Origin: an uncultured delta proteobacterium
Lineage (GTDB): Bacteria > Desulfobacterota > Binatia > Binatales > Binataceae
Length of the DNA stretch: 64,000 nucleotides
Direction of reading: 5' to 3'
Assembly: GCA_963842085.1 (NCBI GenBank)
Contig: CAWJET010000002.1
Location: 736,001-800,000, forward strand
Shown in pieces: positions 23,862 to 33,731 of the stretch; the stretch's first letter is position 1, and the number at the start of each line of letters is the position of its first letter. The translations under genes and the position numbers were made by a program. The notes beneath the pieces were generated by a model, which had not been told where the DNA came from, did no database searches, and saw only the letters and a program-made list of their open reading frames with translations.

Positions 23862-24371
23862 TTATCGACGCTCCTCGAGCTCTTTTTCTAGCCGGTGCCT
23901 GAGTTCGGGATCGAATGACGAGGGCTCCGCGCCCGGTTTCGAGTCGGCCGGCGCCGGCGGCCGACGGGAGTGCCATCGCCCGACCGCTACCGCCATCGCG
24001 CCGCCGCCGAGTACGAGCGCGATGAAGGGCATCGTCCATGCGAGCAGGTTGAAGCCCTCGGCGGTCGGCGCGGACAGGACTTTCTCGCCGTACTCATGCC
24101 GGAAAAAAGAGATTATCTGCACGCGGGTCATGCCCTGTCCAATCATGCGGTCGATCTCGCGGCGCATCGGCACCGAGAAGCCGCAGGTCGGCATATTGCA
24201 GTTGGCGACCGTCAAACCGCAACCGCATTGGCAGGTCAAACCCTCGGAAATCTGCGCGTTGGTTGGGGCTTCCGACCCAAATGTTTCACGTGAAACGTTT
24301 TTTAGTGCGAAAACGAAAAGGGCGACGACGGCGAATACGAGCGACGCTGCGAGTGTGAGTTTCGCGCGCAC
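23862..24371 (-). CDS. ccmH: Cytochrome c biogenesis protein CcmH/CcmL
   Basis: LTCQCGC, EYGEKVLSAP, NLLAWTMP. Confidence 0.85.
   Translation of the reverse strand: MRAKLTLAASLVFAVVALFVFALKNVSRETFGSEAPTNAQISEGLTCQCGCGLTVANCNMPTCGFSVPMRREIDRMIGQGMTRVQIISFFRHEYGEKVLSAPTAEGFNLLAWTMPFIALVLGGGAMAVAVGRWHSRRPPAPADSKPGAEPSSFDPELRHRLEKELEERR
24282..24297. promoter_or_regulatory. parS centromere-like site within ccmH
   Basis: TGTTTCACGTGAAACG, 15/16 match to consensus TGTTTCACGTGAAACA. Confidence 0.8.
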
Positions 24372-24377
24372 AGAAGC

Positions 24378-26402
24378 TCAGTCACCCCCGGGGGCGGCGA
24401 CATCGGCGAGTTCGGGCGCGCCGGCGGATGAGCGGCTGAGCGCGGTCGCGATTGCGGCGCGCTCACGCACGTTGGGCCACATAACCACTACGGTACCGAG
24501 CGCCATCGTCAGGCCGCCCGCCCATAGCCAGAAAACCAGCGGCGTCAGGAACACTTCGAAGGTCGCGGTCTGGCCGCTGTCGTCGATTCCGGCGAGCACG
24601 ACGTAGAGGTCGCTGGCGGGAGTGGAGCGGATCGCGACCTTGGTCGCGGGCTGCTGCGGGCGCTTGAAGAACAGCTTCGCCGGCGACATCACGGCGATCT
24701 CGCGGCCGTCGGCGCGCAGCACCTGGACCCGCGCCGTCGCGCTCGCGAGATGAGGGGTGTCGGCTTCCGAGAGGCCCAGGTAGCGCAGCGTATACGAACC
24801 GACGGCGAAGCTGTCGCCTTCATGCACGCTCTTTTTCACTTCGGTGCGGAAGAACGACGAGCCTACGATTCCGATGAACGCGAAGATCACGCCGACGTGG
24901 ATAATGTAGCCGCCATAGCGGCGGTTGTTCTTGGCGACGAGATTGACGAGCGCCTTGGCGCGCGGTTCGGCGACCATGTGGCGGCGCGCGTTCATCCCGC
25001 GGCGGAACTCGACCAGGATGGTGCCGATGACGAACGCGGCCAGCGAGAAGGCGGTCAGCACGTACCATTGGCGCAGGCCAGCGGCGGCGGCGACGATCCC
25101 GGTCGCGACGCCCATCGCGACGGGCGCGGCGAAACTGCGCACGAGATTGTCAGCCGTCGTGCGCCGCCACGCGATCAGCGGCCCGATGCCCATCAGGAAC
25201 ACGAGACCGAGCGCGAGCGGCCCGTTGACGCGATTGAAGAACGGCGGTCCGACGGTAATCTTCACGCCGCGCACCGCTTCCGAGAGAACGGGAAAGATGG
25301 TGCCCCAGAAAACGGCGAATGCGATGCCGACCAGCATGAGATTGTTGAACAGAAACGCGGCCTCGCGCGACAGGTACGACTCGAATTCTGCGGGACTGCG
25401 CAATTGCTTCGAGCGGAAGATCAACAGCGCCGTGTAGGCGAGCGTCACCGTTATCAGAAAGCTCAGGAAGTACGGGCCGAGGCCGGACTGGGTGAACGAA
25501 TGCACCGACGAGATGACGCCGCTGCGCGTGATGAACGTGCCGAACAGCGTGAGCCCGAATGCGAGTCCGATCAGCGCCAGGTTCCAGATCTTCAGCATGT
25601 CCTTGCGTTCCTGGATCATCACCGAATGCAGGTACGCGGTCATCACGAGCCACGGCATGAAGGCAGCGTTCTCGACCGGGTCCCATGCCCAGTAACCGCC
25701 CCAGCCGAGAACTTCGTAGGCCCAGCGCGCGCCGAAGATGTTGCCGAGCGTGAGAAAGAACCAGGAAAAAATCGCCCAGCGCCGCGTCGAGCGGATCCAT
25801 CCGTCGTCGAGCTTGCCTGTTATTAGCGCGGCGGCGCCGAATGCAAACGGCACGGTTGCGCTGACGTAGCCGGTGTATAGAGACGGCGGATGTATCGCCA
25901 TCCAGTAGTTCTGCAGCAGGGGATTGAGGTCGGAGCCTTCGGCGGGAACCGTCGCGAGCAAATCAAATGGACGGGTGACGAAATTCAACATCAACAGGAA
26001 AAAGATTGCGACGCCGGCCAGCACTGCGAGCGCATACGGCGCGATCTCGGGATTGCGCCGGCGATTCTGGATCGCGGCGATCGACGTGAAGATCGACAGC
26101 AGCCACGTCCAGAACAGCAACGAGCCCTGCTGCCCGCCCCATAGCGAGGTGATTTTGTAAACGGTCGGGAGCGTGGTGCTGGAATATGCGGCGACGTACT
26201 CGAGCGAGAAGTCGCTGCGCAGCAGCGAGATCCACAGCACGACGACCGCGATGGTGACCATCGCGCACATCGCCCACAGCGCGTGACGGGCGCTGACGAC
26301 GAAGTCGGGCGCATTGCGGCGCGCGCCGTAGATATTCGCCGCGATGGAATAGACCGCAAGAATCAGAGCGATCGCGAGCGCGAGGTTGCCAAGTTCCGGC
26401 AT
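24378..26402 (-). CDS. ccmF: Heme lyase CcmF
   Basis: WGGQQGSLL, LNPLLQ, IHPP, WAYEVLGWGGYWAWDPVEN, SVHSF. Confidence 0.96.
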   Translation of the reverse strand: MPELGNLALAIALILAVYSIAANIYGARRNAPDFVVSARHALWAMCAMVTIAVVVLWISLLRSDFSLEYVAAYSSTTLPTVYKITSLWGGQQGSLLFWTWLLSIFTSIAAIQNRRRNPEIAPYALAVLAGVAIFFLLMLNFVTRPFDLLATVPAEGSDLNPLLQNYWMAIHPPSLYTGYVSATVPFAFGAAALITGKLDDGWIRSTRRWAIFSWFFLTLGNIFGARWAYEVLGWGGYWAWDPVENAAFMPWLVMTAYLHSVMIQERKDMLKIWNLALIGLAFGLTLFGTFITRSGVISSVHSFTQSGLGPYFLSFLITVTLAYTALLIFRSKQLRSPAEFESYLSREAAFLFNNLMLVGIAFAVFWGTIFPVLSEAVRGVKITVGPPFFNRVNGPLALGLVFLMGIGPLIAWRRTTADNLVRSFAAPVAMGVATGIVAAAAGLRQWYVLTAFSLAAFVIGTILVEFRRGMNARRHMVAEPRAKALVNLVAKNNRRYGGYIIHVGVIFAFIGIVGSSFFRTEVKKSVHEGDSFAVGSYTLRYLGLSEADTPHLASATARVQVLRADGREIAVMSPAKLFFKRPQQPATKVAIRSTPASDLYVVLAGIDDSGQTATFEVFLTPLVFWLWAGGLTMALGTVVVMWPNVRERAAIATALSRSSAGAPELADVAAPGGD

Positions 26403-26417
26403 CTGAAAAACCTCCGG

Positions 26418-26864
26418 CTATTGTGCTTGCTTGGGCTTGTACTTGGAAGGGCAACTCGTCATCACCTGGGTCGCGGCAATCGCGCCGTCGGGGCCGAGCT
26501 TGCCCTCGACGATAACGTCGCGGCCGGGCGCGAACATGTCGGGCTTGGGCTCACCGGTGCATACGACGCGGAACGAGACGGGATCGGACGCCATGACAGG
26601 TTTCACCGGCGCAGCGGCGTCGACGTCGGGAATCGGCACCATTTCAAATTTGAGAGTGAGGGTATTCGGGTCCCAGTTGATAGTGCCGGCCTTGACGCGG
26701 CCGGCGACGCGCAGCGCCTGCCCGCCAAGCTCGCTCTGGCGCGCGGACACTTCGGTGACAGTCAGGTAGTATTCGGAGGTAGTGCGAATCGCGCTGAAGA
26801 TAAGATAGCCGACCGCGACCGCGATCAATCCCACGCCGATGAAAAATCGTGGACGAATTCGCAT
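26418..26864 (-). CDS. ccmE: Heme chaperone CcmE (CxxxY type)
   Basis: N-terminal TM, LRVAGRV, PDMF, VIVEG, C-terminal CPSKY. Confidence 0.92.
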   Translation of the reverse strand: MRIRPRFFIGVGLIAVAVGYLIFSAIRTTSEYYLTVTEVSARQSELGGQALRVAGRVKAGTINWDPNTLTLKFEMVPIPDVDAAAPVKPVMASDPVSFRVVCTGEPKPDMFAPGRDVIVEGKLGPDGAIAATQVMTSCPSKYKPKQAQ

Positions 26865-26918
26865 AGCGTGTCATTCTTTCAGGGCTTGAGCGAATGAGCA
26901 AACGCCGCAGAGACCGGA

Positions 26919-26951
26919 CCTAACCTCTCCCGTGAAGTACCGGGCGAGGGA
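26919..26951. repeat. Degenerate REP-like palindrome
   Basis: CCTAACCTCTCCCG-TGAAGTAC-CGGGCGAGGGA, resembles copies at 28043 and 45467. Confidence 0.4.
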
Positions 26952-26952
26952 T

Positions 26953-27777
26953 TCAGGATTCGGAATCATCCGAAGATTGCGGGTCGAGGGGGCCGAACGC
27001 GACGCCGCGTTTTGACGCTTTGATGAAATTCAACAGCTCGATTACTTCGGGGGCGAGGTCGCCGGATTGTTCGAGGCGCTCTATCGCCAGTTTCAGATTT
27101 TGGCGGGCGCCGAACAACGTCGTGAAGGCATGGCGGAGGGCGTGAATCGATTTTGACGGGATTCCTGCGCGCTTCAAGCCTACTACATTTATTCCGCGCA
27201 GAGTGTGGGTGCCGTCCATGATGCAGAATGGCGGCACGTCGCGGCTGGTGCGCGACAGGCCGCGCATCATCGCCAGCCGTCCGATGCGGGTGTACTGGTG
27301 CACGACGCAGTTGCCCGAGACCAGCGCGCGGTCGCCCAGCTCGACCCATCCGGCCAGCAGCGCGCCGCCGGCGATGATGGTCGAGTTGCCGATGCGACAA
27401 TCGTGCGCGACGTGCGCATTCTGCATCATGAAGTTGTCGTCGCCCATGATGGTTACGTCGCCGCGCTCGCTGCCGCGATGGACGGTGGAGTATTCGCGGA
27501 AGATGTTGCGATCGCCGATTTTCACCGAGCGCGCGACGCCGGTGTAGGTCAGGTCCTGCGGCTCGTCGCCGATCACCGCGCCCGGATGAAGCACGTTGTC
27601 AGCGCCGAGTTCGGTGATGCCGAGAATCGTGACGTGGCCTATAAGGCGCGTGCGCGCACCGACGCGGATTTTTCCGTCGAGCAAGCACAGCGGACCGACC
27701 TCGACGCCGGCGGCCAGCTCGACCTCGAGACCCACCACCGAGCTCGGATGAATCCGCGGCGGCGCGTCACGCGTCAA
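26953..27777 (-). CDS. lpxA: UDP-N-acetylglucosamine O-acyltransferase
   Basis: Hexapeptide repeats, GDEPQD, REYSTVHRG, HVAHDC, VHQY, DVPPF, INVVGLKR; TTG start overlaps yacG stop. Confidence 0.9.
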   Translation of the reverse strand: MTRDAPPRIHPSSVVGLEVELAAGVEVGPLCLLDGKIRVGARTRLIGHVTILGITELGADNVLHPGAVIGDEPQDLTYTGVARSVKIGDRNIFREYSTVHRGSERGDVTIMGDDNFMMQNAHVAHDCRIGNSTIIAGGALLAGWVELGDRALVSGNCVVHQYTRIGRLAMMRGLSRTSRDVPPFCIMDGTHTLRGINVVGLKRAGIPSKSIHALRHAFTTLFGARQNLKLAIERLEQSGDLAPEVIELLNFIKASKRGVAFGPLDPQSSDDSES

Positions 27778-27962
27778 TTGAGGAGCCTGCGCTTTTTCAA
27801 ATCGTCGTGATGCTCGTTGTCGGCAGGTTTGGAGCCGGGAACACGGTAATCGCCCGCGGCCCGGGTGCCGAGGTCGATCATCTGGCATCGCTCGGAGCAA
27901 AACGGGCGAAAGCGATTTTTTGGCGATAGGTCAGCCGGCCTTTTGCAGATGGGACACGTCAT
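27774..27962 (-). CDS. yacG: DNA gyrase inhibitor YacG
   Basis: CPICKR ... RPFCSERCQMIDLG. Confidence 0.88.
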   Translation of the reverse strand: MTCPICKRPADLSPKNRFRPFCSERCQMIDLGTRAAGDYRVPGSKPADNEHHDDLKKRRLLN

Positions 27963-28042
27963 CTTGTCTAAGAAAATTGTCAGATGAACGCGCGACGCGC
28001 AACGAGGCGGAACTGGGGTTTGCGGAACTGCCCGCTACCCTA

Positions 28043-28070
28043 CCCCCTTCCCACGTGGGAAGGGGGACAA
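28043..28070. repeat. REP-like perfect palindrome
   Basis: CCCCCTTCCCAC|GTGGGAAGGGGG (24 bp perfect) followed by ACAA. Confidence 0.6.
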
Positions 28071-28146
28071 TCGCGGAGAGAAGCTGGAACATCCCGGTCT
28101 TCTCGAGTTCGCGGACGCAGCGACCGGAAGCGGAGCGCTCGCCCAA

Positions 28147-28170
28147 GCGTTCAGGCAGTCACCTGAACGC
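28147..28170. terminator. Hairpin downstream of lipoprotein gene
   Basis: GCGTTCAGG-CAGTCA-CCTGAACGC. Confidence 0.4.
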
Positions 28171-28196
28171 CAGACTCAATATGTATCGCCGCCCGT

Positions 28197-28514
28197 TCAG
28201 GGCGTAATGCCGCCGCGCTGAACGAAGACGCTGCCCTTGGGCCCGACGCGAACGCAATTCACGTCGGTGCGATTGAACTCCGGCGTACACAGTGGCTGAT
28301 CGACGGCCGGACACTTGTAGAGGTTCGGCTGGATCTGCTCGCACTTTTCCAGCGCGAAATTTGCTGCAATTGGCTGTGCGGGCGCCTGTTCCGTGCTCTG
28401 CGACGAGCATCCGCCAAGCGCGAGCATCCCAAGCGAGGCAGCCAGGGCCGCGGCCGGAATGATCCGCAGGCAGCGTTCGCGAGTTTTCGAGCCGACAACG
28501 TTTGTGGTTCGCAT
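28197..28514 (-). CDS. Small Cys-rich lipoprotein
   Basis: Lipobox LGGC, four further Cys; RBS GAGGAG upstream. Confidence 0.75.
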   Translation of the reverse strand: MRTTNVVGSKTRERCLRIIPAAALAASLGMLALGGCSSQSTEQAPAQPIAANFALEKCEQIQPNLYKCPAVDQPLCTPEFNRTDVNCVRVGPKGSVFVQRGGITP

Positions 28515-28647
28515 CGAGTTCTCCTCTCAACCGGGTTGAGGCGGCAATTCGCCTGTTTCGACCCTCAGCAGCCGCGCGGTAGGCAAGCACACGCTGACGG
28601 ATTGTAAATACACGATGGGCGGGCTGCCTAAAAGAGGGCGATAGCGC

Positions 28648-29283
28648 TCAGAAAATGTCGGTGCCGCATCGGTCGGTGCCGCCCGAGGCTTGAAATGTCC
28701 TCATACGGAAGTCGTACGCCATGCGCTCGAAGTAGCAGAGTTGCGTCTGGTGGGCGGGAGCTTTGTAGACCAGACTGACGTGAACCTGAAGATTGGATTC
28801 GCCAGCGGCGACCGCCCGGTATGCGTCTTGTGGCAGCGAGGCATAGAAGAAGTGCGGAACGGTTGGCGAGATAATTCCCGCATCCATCGCGGACATCGCG
28901 CCTGCGGAAATCTTCACCACCTTGCCATCGACCACCGCATGAACGCTCACGATCGTGTCGAGCGCGGGGATGCTTCCGAAATTCTTGAAGTTCACCACGA
29001 TCGTCGGATGATCGGTGTCGGTCGCTTCGAGGGAGACTTGTTGGACGCCGAGGAACGGGCGATCCGCGACGGCGAAGACCGCGCTGGTGACCAGGGCCGT
29101 GCGCCAGGTCGCATAGGCGCTGAAAAAAGTGGCGAGGACCATCAGGATCGCCATGAAGTCGGCGAGCCTGAGCGCGCTCCCGAGCTTGGAGAGATACGAA
29201 CGCTCGGTGCGTATGATTTCGCGATCGCGGCGCGCGGCGGACGATGCTGGGTGCGGGTGCTGGGGGGATTCGTCTTCGGCCAT
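28648..29283 (-). CDS. Hypothetical membrane-anchored protein
   Basis: TM segment then DRPFLGV...FKNFGSIPA beta-rich domain. Confidence 0.7.
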   Translation of the reverse strand: MAEDESPQHPHPASSAARRDREIIRTERSYLSKLGSALRLADFMAILMVLATFFSAYATWRTALVTSAVFAVADRPFLGVQQVSLEATDTDHPTIVVNFKNFGSIPALDTIVSVHAVVDGKVVKISAGAMSAMDAGIISPTVPHFFYASLPQDAYRAVAAGESNLQVHVSLVYKAPAHQTQLCYFERMAYDFRMRTFQASGGTDRCGTDIF

Positions 29284-29302
29284 TGCGGATTCTATAGTTC
29301 GG

Positions 29303-31504
29303 CTACGGGACCGAGAACCAGATCACTGCCAGCGGCGGCATCTTAATCGCGATCGAGTGCGGAAATCCGCGCCACGGAATCGCCGCGGCCTCGACCCCGC
29401 CCATGTTGCCGGCGTTGGAGCCGCCATACGCGGCCGCGTCGGTGTTGAGAATCTCGCGATAGAATCCGGGGCCCGGCACGCCGACGCGATAGCGGCTGCG
29501 CAGCACCGGCGAGAAATTGCACACACAGATGATGCGGCGGCCGGTGCTCGGCGCCACCCGCATGAAGGCAATCATGTTGCTGTCGGCGTCGTCGGCGTCG
29601 AGCCATCGAAAGCCCGACGGGTCGGTGTCCGCCTCCCACAGCGCGGGCTCGTCGCGGTAGATGCGGTTGAGGTCGCGCACCAGCACCTGCAGCTCGCGAT
29701 GGTCGGGGTATTCGAGCAGGTTCCAGTCCAGGCTCGAGTCGTGATCCCATTCGCGCCACTGGCCGATTTCCTCGCCCATGAATATCAGCTTCTTGCCCGA
29801 GCGCGCCCACATGTAGGCGAACAGCGCGCGCTGGTTGGCGAATTGCCGCCAACGGTCGCCGGGCATCTTGGCCAGCATCGCGCGCTTGCCGTGCACGACC
29901 TCGTCATGCGACAGCGGCAGCACGAAATTTTCGCTCCAGGCGTAGAGCAGGCCGAAGGTGAGATCGCGATGATGGTAGCGGCGGTAGATGGGATCGAGCG
30001 TGAAGTACTCGAGCGTGTCGTGCATCCAGCCCATGTCCCACTTGAAGCCGAAGCCGAGTCCGCCCATGAAGACCGGGCGGCTGACTCCGGTCCACGCGGT
30101 GGATTCCTCGGCGATCATCATGATGCCGGGGTTGAGGCGGTACACGTCCTGGTTGAGCTTCTTGATGAATGAGATGGCGTCGAGGTTCTCGCGTCCGCCG
30201 AATGCGTTGGGAATCCATTCACCCTCGCGCCGCGCGTAGTCGAGGTAGATCATCGACGCGACCGCGTCCACGCGCAGGCCGTCGGCGTGGAACTCGCCCA
30301 GCCAGTAGAGCGCGCTGGCGGTCAGGAAGTTGCGCACCTCGGCGCGGCCGTAGTTGAAGATGTACGTGCCCCATTCGGGATGGTCGCCCTGGCGCGGATC
30401 GGCGTGCTCGAACAGCGCGGTGCCGTCGAAACGGCCGAGGCTGAATTCGTCTTTGGGAAAATGCGCGGGCACCCAGTCGAGGATGACGCCGATGCCGCGG
30501 CGGTGCAGCTCGTCGATGAGGTAGCGCAGGTCGTCGGGGCTGCCGTAGCGCGAGGTCGGCGCGAAGTAGCCGCTGACCTGGTAGCCCCACGAGGGGCTGA
30601 ACGGATGCTCCATCACCGGCATCAGCTCGACGTGGGTGAAGCCCATGCGCGTCACGTAGTCGCCAAGCATCGGTGTGATCTCGCGATAGGTCAGCGAACG
30701 ATTGCCTTCCTCGGGCACCCGCCGCCAGGAGCCGAGATGGACCTCGTAGATCGAGACGGGGCTCTTGATCCATTCGCGGCGCTCCCGCTCTGCAAGCCAC
30801 TCCGCGTCGTGGAACTGGTACTTCGATTGATAAACGATCGAGGCCGTCGCCGGCGGCACTTCCATCCGCTGCGCGAAGGGATCGCTCTTGAGCAGCAGGC
30901 CGCCGTCGCGCGTGCGAATTTCGTATTTGTAATTGATGCCCGCGCCGAGGCCGGGGATGAACAGCTCCCACACGCCTGAGCTGCCGAGCGTGCGCATCAT
31001 GTGGACGCGGCCGTCCCAGCGATTGAAGTCGCCGACTACGCTGACGCCGCGCGCGTTGGGCGCCCACACCGCGAACGACACGCCGCCGATCCCGGCCATC
31101 TCGCGCACGTGCGCGCCGAGCTTGTCGTAGGCACGATCGTCCTTCTGCTCGCCCCACAGATGAAGATCGAGGTCGCCGACCGTCGGCAGGAACGAATACG
31201 GATCATAGGTCGTGATCGATTCGCCGTCGGGATAGTGAATCTCGAACTGATACGGAAAAATCGAGACGCGATGCTCGATCGAAGTTTCGAACAGCCCTGC
31301 CGGATCGCGCAGGCGCATCGGACACGGCGCGTCGCCCGGCACCAGCAGGTCGATTCGCGACGCCCCCGGGCGAAACGCGCGGACCACCAGGCGCTTGCCG
31401 TCAAGATGCGCGCCCAGGATCGAATGAGGATCGTAATGCTCGAACGCCAGCAGGCGTTCCAGTTCAGCGTCCGGTGCGCTCGAGCCGATGACTTCAGCCT
31501 TCAT
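29303..31504 (-). CDS. glgB: 1,4-alpha-glucan branching enzyme
   Basis: [57 protein letters not shown]. Confidence 0.97.
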   Translation of the reverse strand: MKAEVIGSSAPDAELERLLAFEHYDPHSILGAHLDGKRLVVRAFRPGASRIDLLVPGDAPCPMRLRDPAGLFETSIEHRVSIFPYQFEIHYPDGESITTYDPYSFLPTVGDLDLHLWGEQKDDRAYDKLGAHVREMAGIGGVSFAVWAPNARGVSVVGDFNRWDGRVHMMRTLGSSGVWELFIPGLGAGINYKYEIRTRDGGLLLKSDPFAQRMEVPPATASIVYQSKYQFHDAEWLAERERREWIKSPVSIYEVHLGSWRRVPEEGNRSLTYREITPMLGDYVTRMGFTHVELMPVMEHPFSPSWGYQVSGYFAPTSRYGSPDDLRYLIDELHRRGIGVILDWVPAHFPKDEFSLGRFDGTALFEHADPRQGDHPEWGTYIFNYGRAEVRNFLTASALYWLGEFHADGLRVDAVASMIYLDYARREGEWIPNAFGGRENLDAISFIKKLNQDVYRLNPGIMMIAEESTAWTGVSRPVFMGGLGFGFKWDMGWMHDTLEYFTLDPIYRRYHHRDLTFGLLYAWSENFVLPLSHDEVVHGKRAMLAKMPGDRWRQFANQRALFAYMWARSGKKLIFMGEEIGQWREWDHDSSLDWNLLEYPDHRELQVLVRDLNRIYRDEPALWEADTDPSGFRWLDADDADSNMIAFMRVAPSTGRRIICVCNFSPVLRSRYRVGVPGPGFYREILNTDAAAYGGSNAGNMGGVEAAAIPWRGFPHSIAIKMPPLAVIWFSVP

Positions 31505-31569
31505 TTCCAAGTGCGAAGTCTAAACGATAGATTCGTCGTAAGCGACCCTGGTCCGGATGGAGACCGACT

Positions 31570-32817
31570 ATGAGTTCCACGCCCAATCCAAGACAATCGA
31601 ACAACCTGCCCGGCTTCGACCCGATGATGGGACAGCTCGAAGTGCTCGAGCCGGGAATTGCGATGTTCCACGGCTTCGCCAACGTCGCGTTCGCATACGG
31701 CCGCGGCGAGATGATCGTCGTCGATACCAGCTCGCGGCTGATGGGCGCGATGGCGGTGCGCGCGATTCGCGCGGTCAGCGAGGAGCCGTTCGCCTTCCTC
31801 ATCTATACGCATGGCCACGGCGATCACGCGTTCGGCACCGAGGCTTTCAGCGCCGACGCGCTCGCGCGTGGGCATGCGCGGCCGAAAATCTGGGCGCACG
31901 AGGACGTCGCCGGCCGCTTCAAGCGCTACGCGCTGACCCGCGGATGGCAAACGCACATCAATCGGCTCCAGTTCGGCGGCGCGTTCGCCACCGAGGGACT
32001 CTTCGAGCCCAAATCGTTCAGCTACCCCGACCTGGCTTATCGCGACCAACAATTTCTCGACCTGGTGGGCGAGCCGGTCGAGCTGCATCACGCGATGGGC
32101 GAGACGGATGACGCGACCTGGGTCTGGATGCCGACGCGGCGGCTGGCGATGGTCGGCGATTTGATCGTCTCGTCGATGCCTAACACGGGCAATCCCAACA
32201 AGGTGCAGCGTTACACGCTTGAATGGGCGGAGACGCTCGAGGCGATCGCGAAGCGCGCACCGCGATACGTTCTGCCGGGACACGGACCCGCGTATCGCGG
32301 CGAGCAGCTATGCAACGAGGTGCTGCGCGAGACGGCGCGCGCGCTCCGCTTCGTCCACGATGAAGTCGTGCGCCGGCTGAACGCCGGTCAATGGCCGGTG
32401 GACATCGTCGAGGCCGATATCTCAATCCCGGCCGACCTCGCGGCGAAACCGTACCTGCAACCGATCTACGGATGCGTCCCGTTCGTGGTGCGCGACGTTA
32501 TCCGCTGCTACGCCGGATGGTGGTCGGGCGAGCCGTCGCAGATGTTCCCGGCGACGCGCAAAGAACGCGGCGAAGACATCATGGCAATCTGCGGCCGCGA
32601 CGCGATCATCGCAAAAGCGCGAGCACTAAAGGACGCATCCCAGCTCAAGCGCGCACTGGCGGTCGCCGAGATCGCGTTGAACGCGCATCCGTCGGATACT
32701 GAAGCGATAACGCTGAACGCAGAAATCCTCGAGGCGATGGCGACGGGCGAGCGCTCGTTCATCGCGCGCAACTTCTTCGCCGGCGCCGCCCGCCAACTGC
32801 GCGAGCACGCCAAGTAG
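31570..32817 (+). CDS. Metallo-beta-lactamase-fold hydrolase (alkyl sulfatase-like)
   Basis: THGHGDH, GETDD, PNTGNP, LPGHG, YAGWWSG dimerisation region. Confidence 0.88.
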   Translation: MSSTPNPRQSNNLPGFDPMMGQLEVLEPGIAMFHGFANVAFAYGRGEMIVVDTSSRLMGAMAVRAIRAVSEEPFAFLIYTHGHGDHAFGTEAFSADALARGHARPKIWAHEDVAGRFKRYALTRGWQTHINRLQFGGAFATEGLFEPKSFSYPDLAYRDQQFLDLVGEPVELHHAMGETDDATWVWMPTRRLAMVGDLIVSSMPNTGNPNKVQRYTLEWAETLEAIAKRAPRYVLPGHGPAYRGEQLCNEVLRETARALRFVHDEVVRRLNAGQWPVDIVEADISIPADLAAKPYLQPIYGCVPFVVRDVIRCYAGWWSGEPSQMFPATRKERGEDIMAICGRDAIIAKARALKDASQLKRALAVAEIALNAHPSDTEAITLNAEILEAMATGERSFIARNFFAGAARQLREHAK

Positions 32818-32860
32818 CCGCCGTGGATCTCACTGACCGCGACGACGGACATGAGATCGG

Positions 32861-33439
32861 TCAATGTCTGAGCAGCGATTTCCGCATCGCCTGATGTTTG
32901 GTTTGCGGATGAAGCCATACATTCATAACCGCCGGACAGAATGACGGATCGTCAACCTCGCCGGTGCTCGAATCATTCAAATAGGCAAACGTCCGGTTGG
33001 TGTCCGAGCAGAAGATGACGATCTGATCACCTTGCTGAACGCTGGGAATAACCTTCTTCATTTCCGCCTGCCAGATTCGAAGCTTGCTCTCATCGCCCAC
33101 CTTAAGATCGCGCATCTCGGCGATCGCGTTCTTCACCAAAGTGTCCGCAGAGACGGCTCGGTTCGGCTCGATATCGAGCGCATGCGGCGTGGCGGCAGAC
33201 CATCGCGGGCCGACTATCCATAATGTCGCGTCGTACATCTGGATGCCCCACCACGAGTGGCGGCCGCTCCCGAACGGATGTATTCCCGGAGCCTGGGAAA
33301 GCACCTGCGGTGGCAGCGGCCTGTTCCCGCCCGGCGGAGCGGCGATCGCGGAGGTGGCGGAAATCAACACCAGGAGGATGGTCCCGAGTCGCAAAAACGC
33401 AGCGCCGGTAGGAATTCCGCGTGTCATCGCCAGCCGCAT
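32861..33439 (-). CDS. Secreted chalcone-isomerase-like protein
   Basis: Signal peptide; GSGRHSWWGIQMYDATLW, PSVQQGDQI, WLHPQT. Confidence 0.7.
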   Translation of the reverse strand: MRLAMTRGIPTGAAFLRLGTILLVLISATSAIAAPPGGNRPLPPQVLSQAPGIHPFGSGRHSWWGIQMYDATLWIVGPRWSAATPHALDIEPNRAVSADTLVKNAIAEMRDLKVGDESKLRIWQAEMKKVIPSVQQGDQIVIFCSDTNRTFAYLNDSSTGEVDDPSFCPAVMNVWLHPQTKHQAMRKSLLRH

Positions 33440-33614
33440 GGTGGCCGAGAGTCAGGCGGCCCGCAACCGAAGGATATCTTCGAGCGTCATGCAAAGCGGC
33501 AGCGTATTTTCGTGCTGTTTCGACGGCATACGGCGGCTCATACCAAGCTGCGGCGTTGCCCGCAACTTCTCGCGCGAGGTCGAGCCTTGGCATCCGGGCG
33601 GACTCGTTTACGCC

Positions 33615-33651
33615 CTACTTCGGCGTGTCAGGGATCAGCTTCAACTTGCCC
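33615..33651 (-). repeat. Diverged copy of uvrB 3' end
   Basis: 32/37 identity to 34729-34765; encodes [11 protein letters not shown] versus [11 protein letters not shown]. Confidence 0.9.
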
Positions 33652-33655
33652 CTCA

Positions 33656-33697
33656 TCGCCGGCGCCGCCCGCCAACTGCGCGACCGCGCGAAGTAGC
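33656..33697 (+). repeat. Diverged copy of MBL hydrolase 3' end
   Basis: 39/42 identity to 32777-32818; encodes AGAARQLRDRAK* versus AGAARQLREHAK*. Confidence 0.9.
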
Positions 33698-33731
33698 GGA
33701 TACCTTTCGTCATCATTCCCGTGAAGGTGGC

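Noticed and set aside
28047-28062. TTCCCACGTGGGAA as a second parS
   Set aside because: Differs from the parS consensus at several positions and is better explained as part of the REP-like palindrome.
33561-33570. CGCAACTTCT match to MBL gene 32767-32776 as a third tail remnant
   Set aside because: Only 10 bp with no flanking similarity; could be chance.
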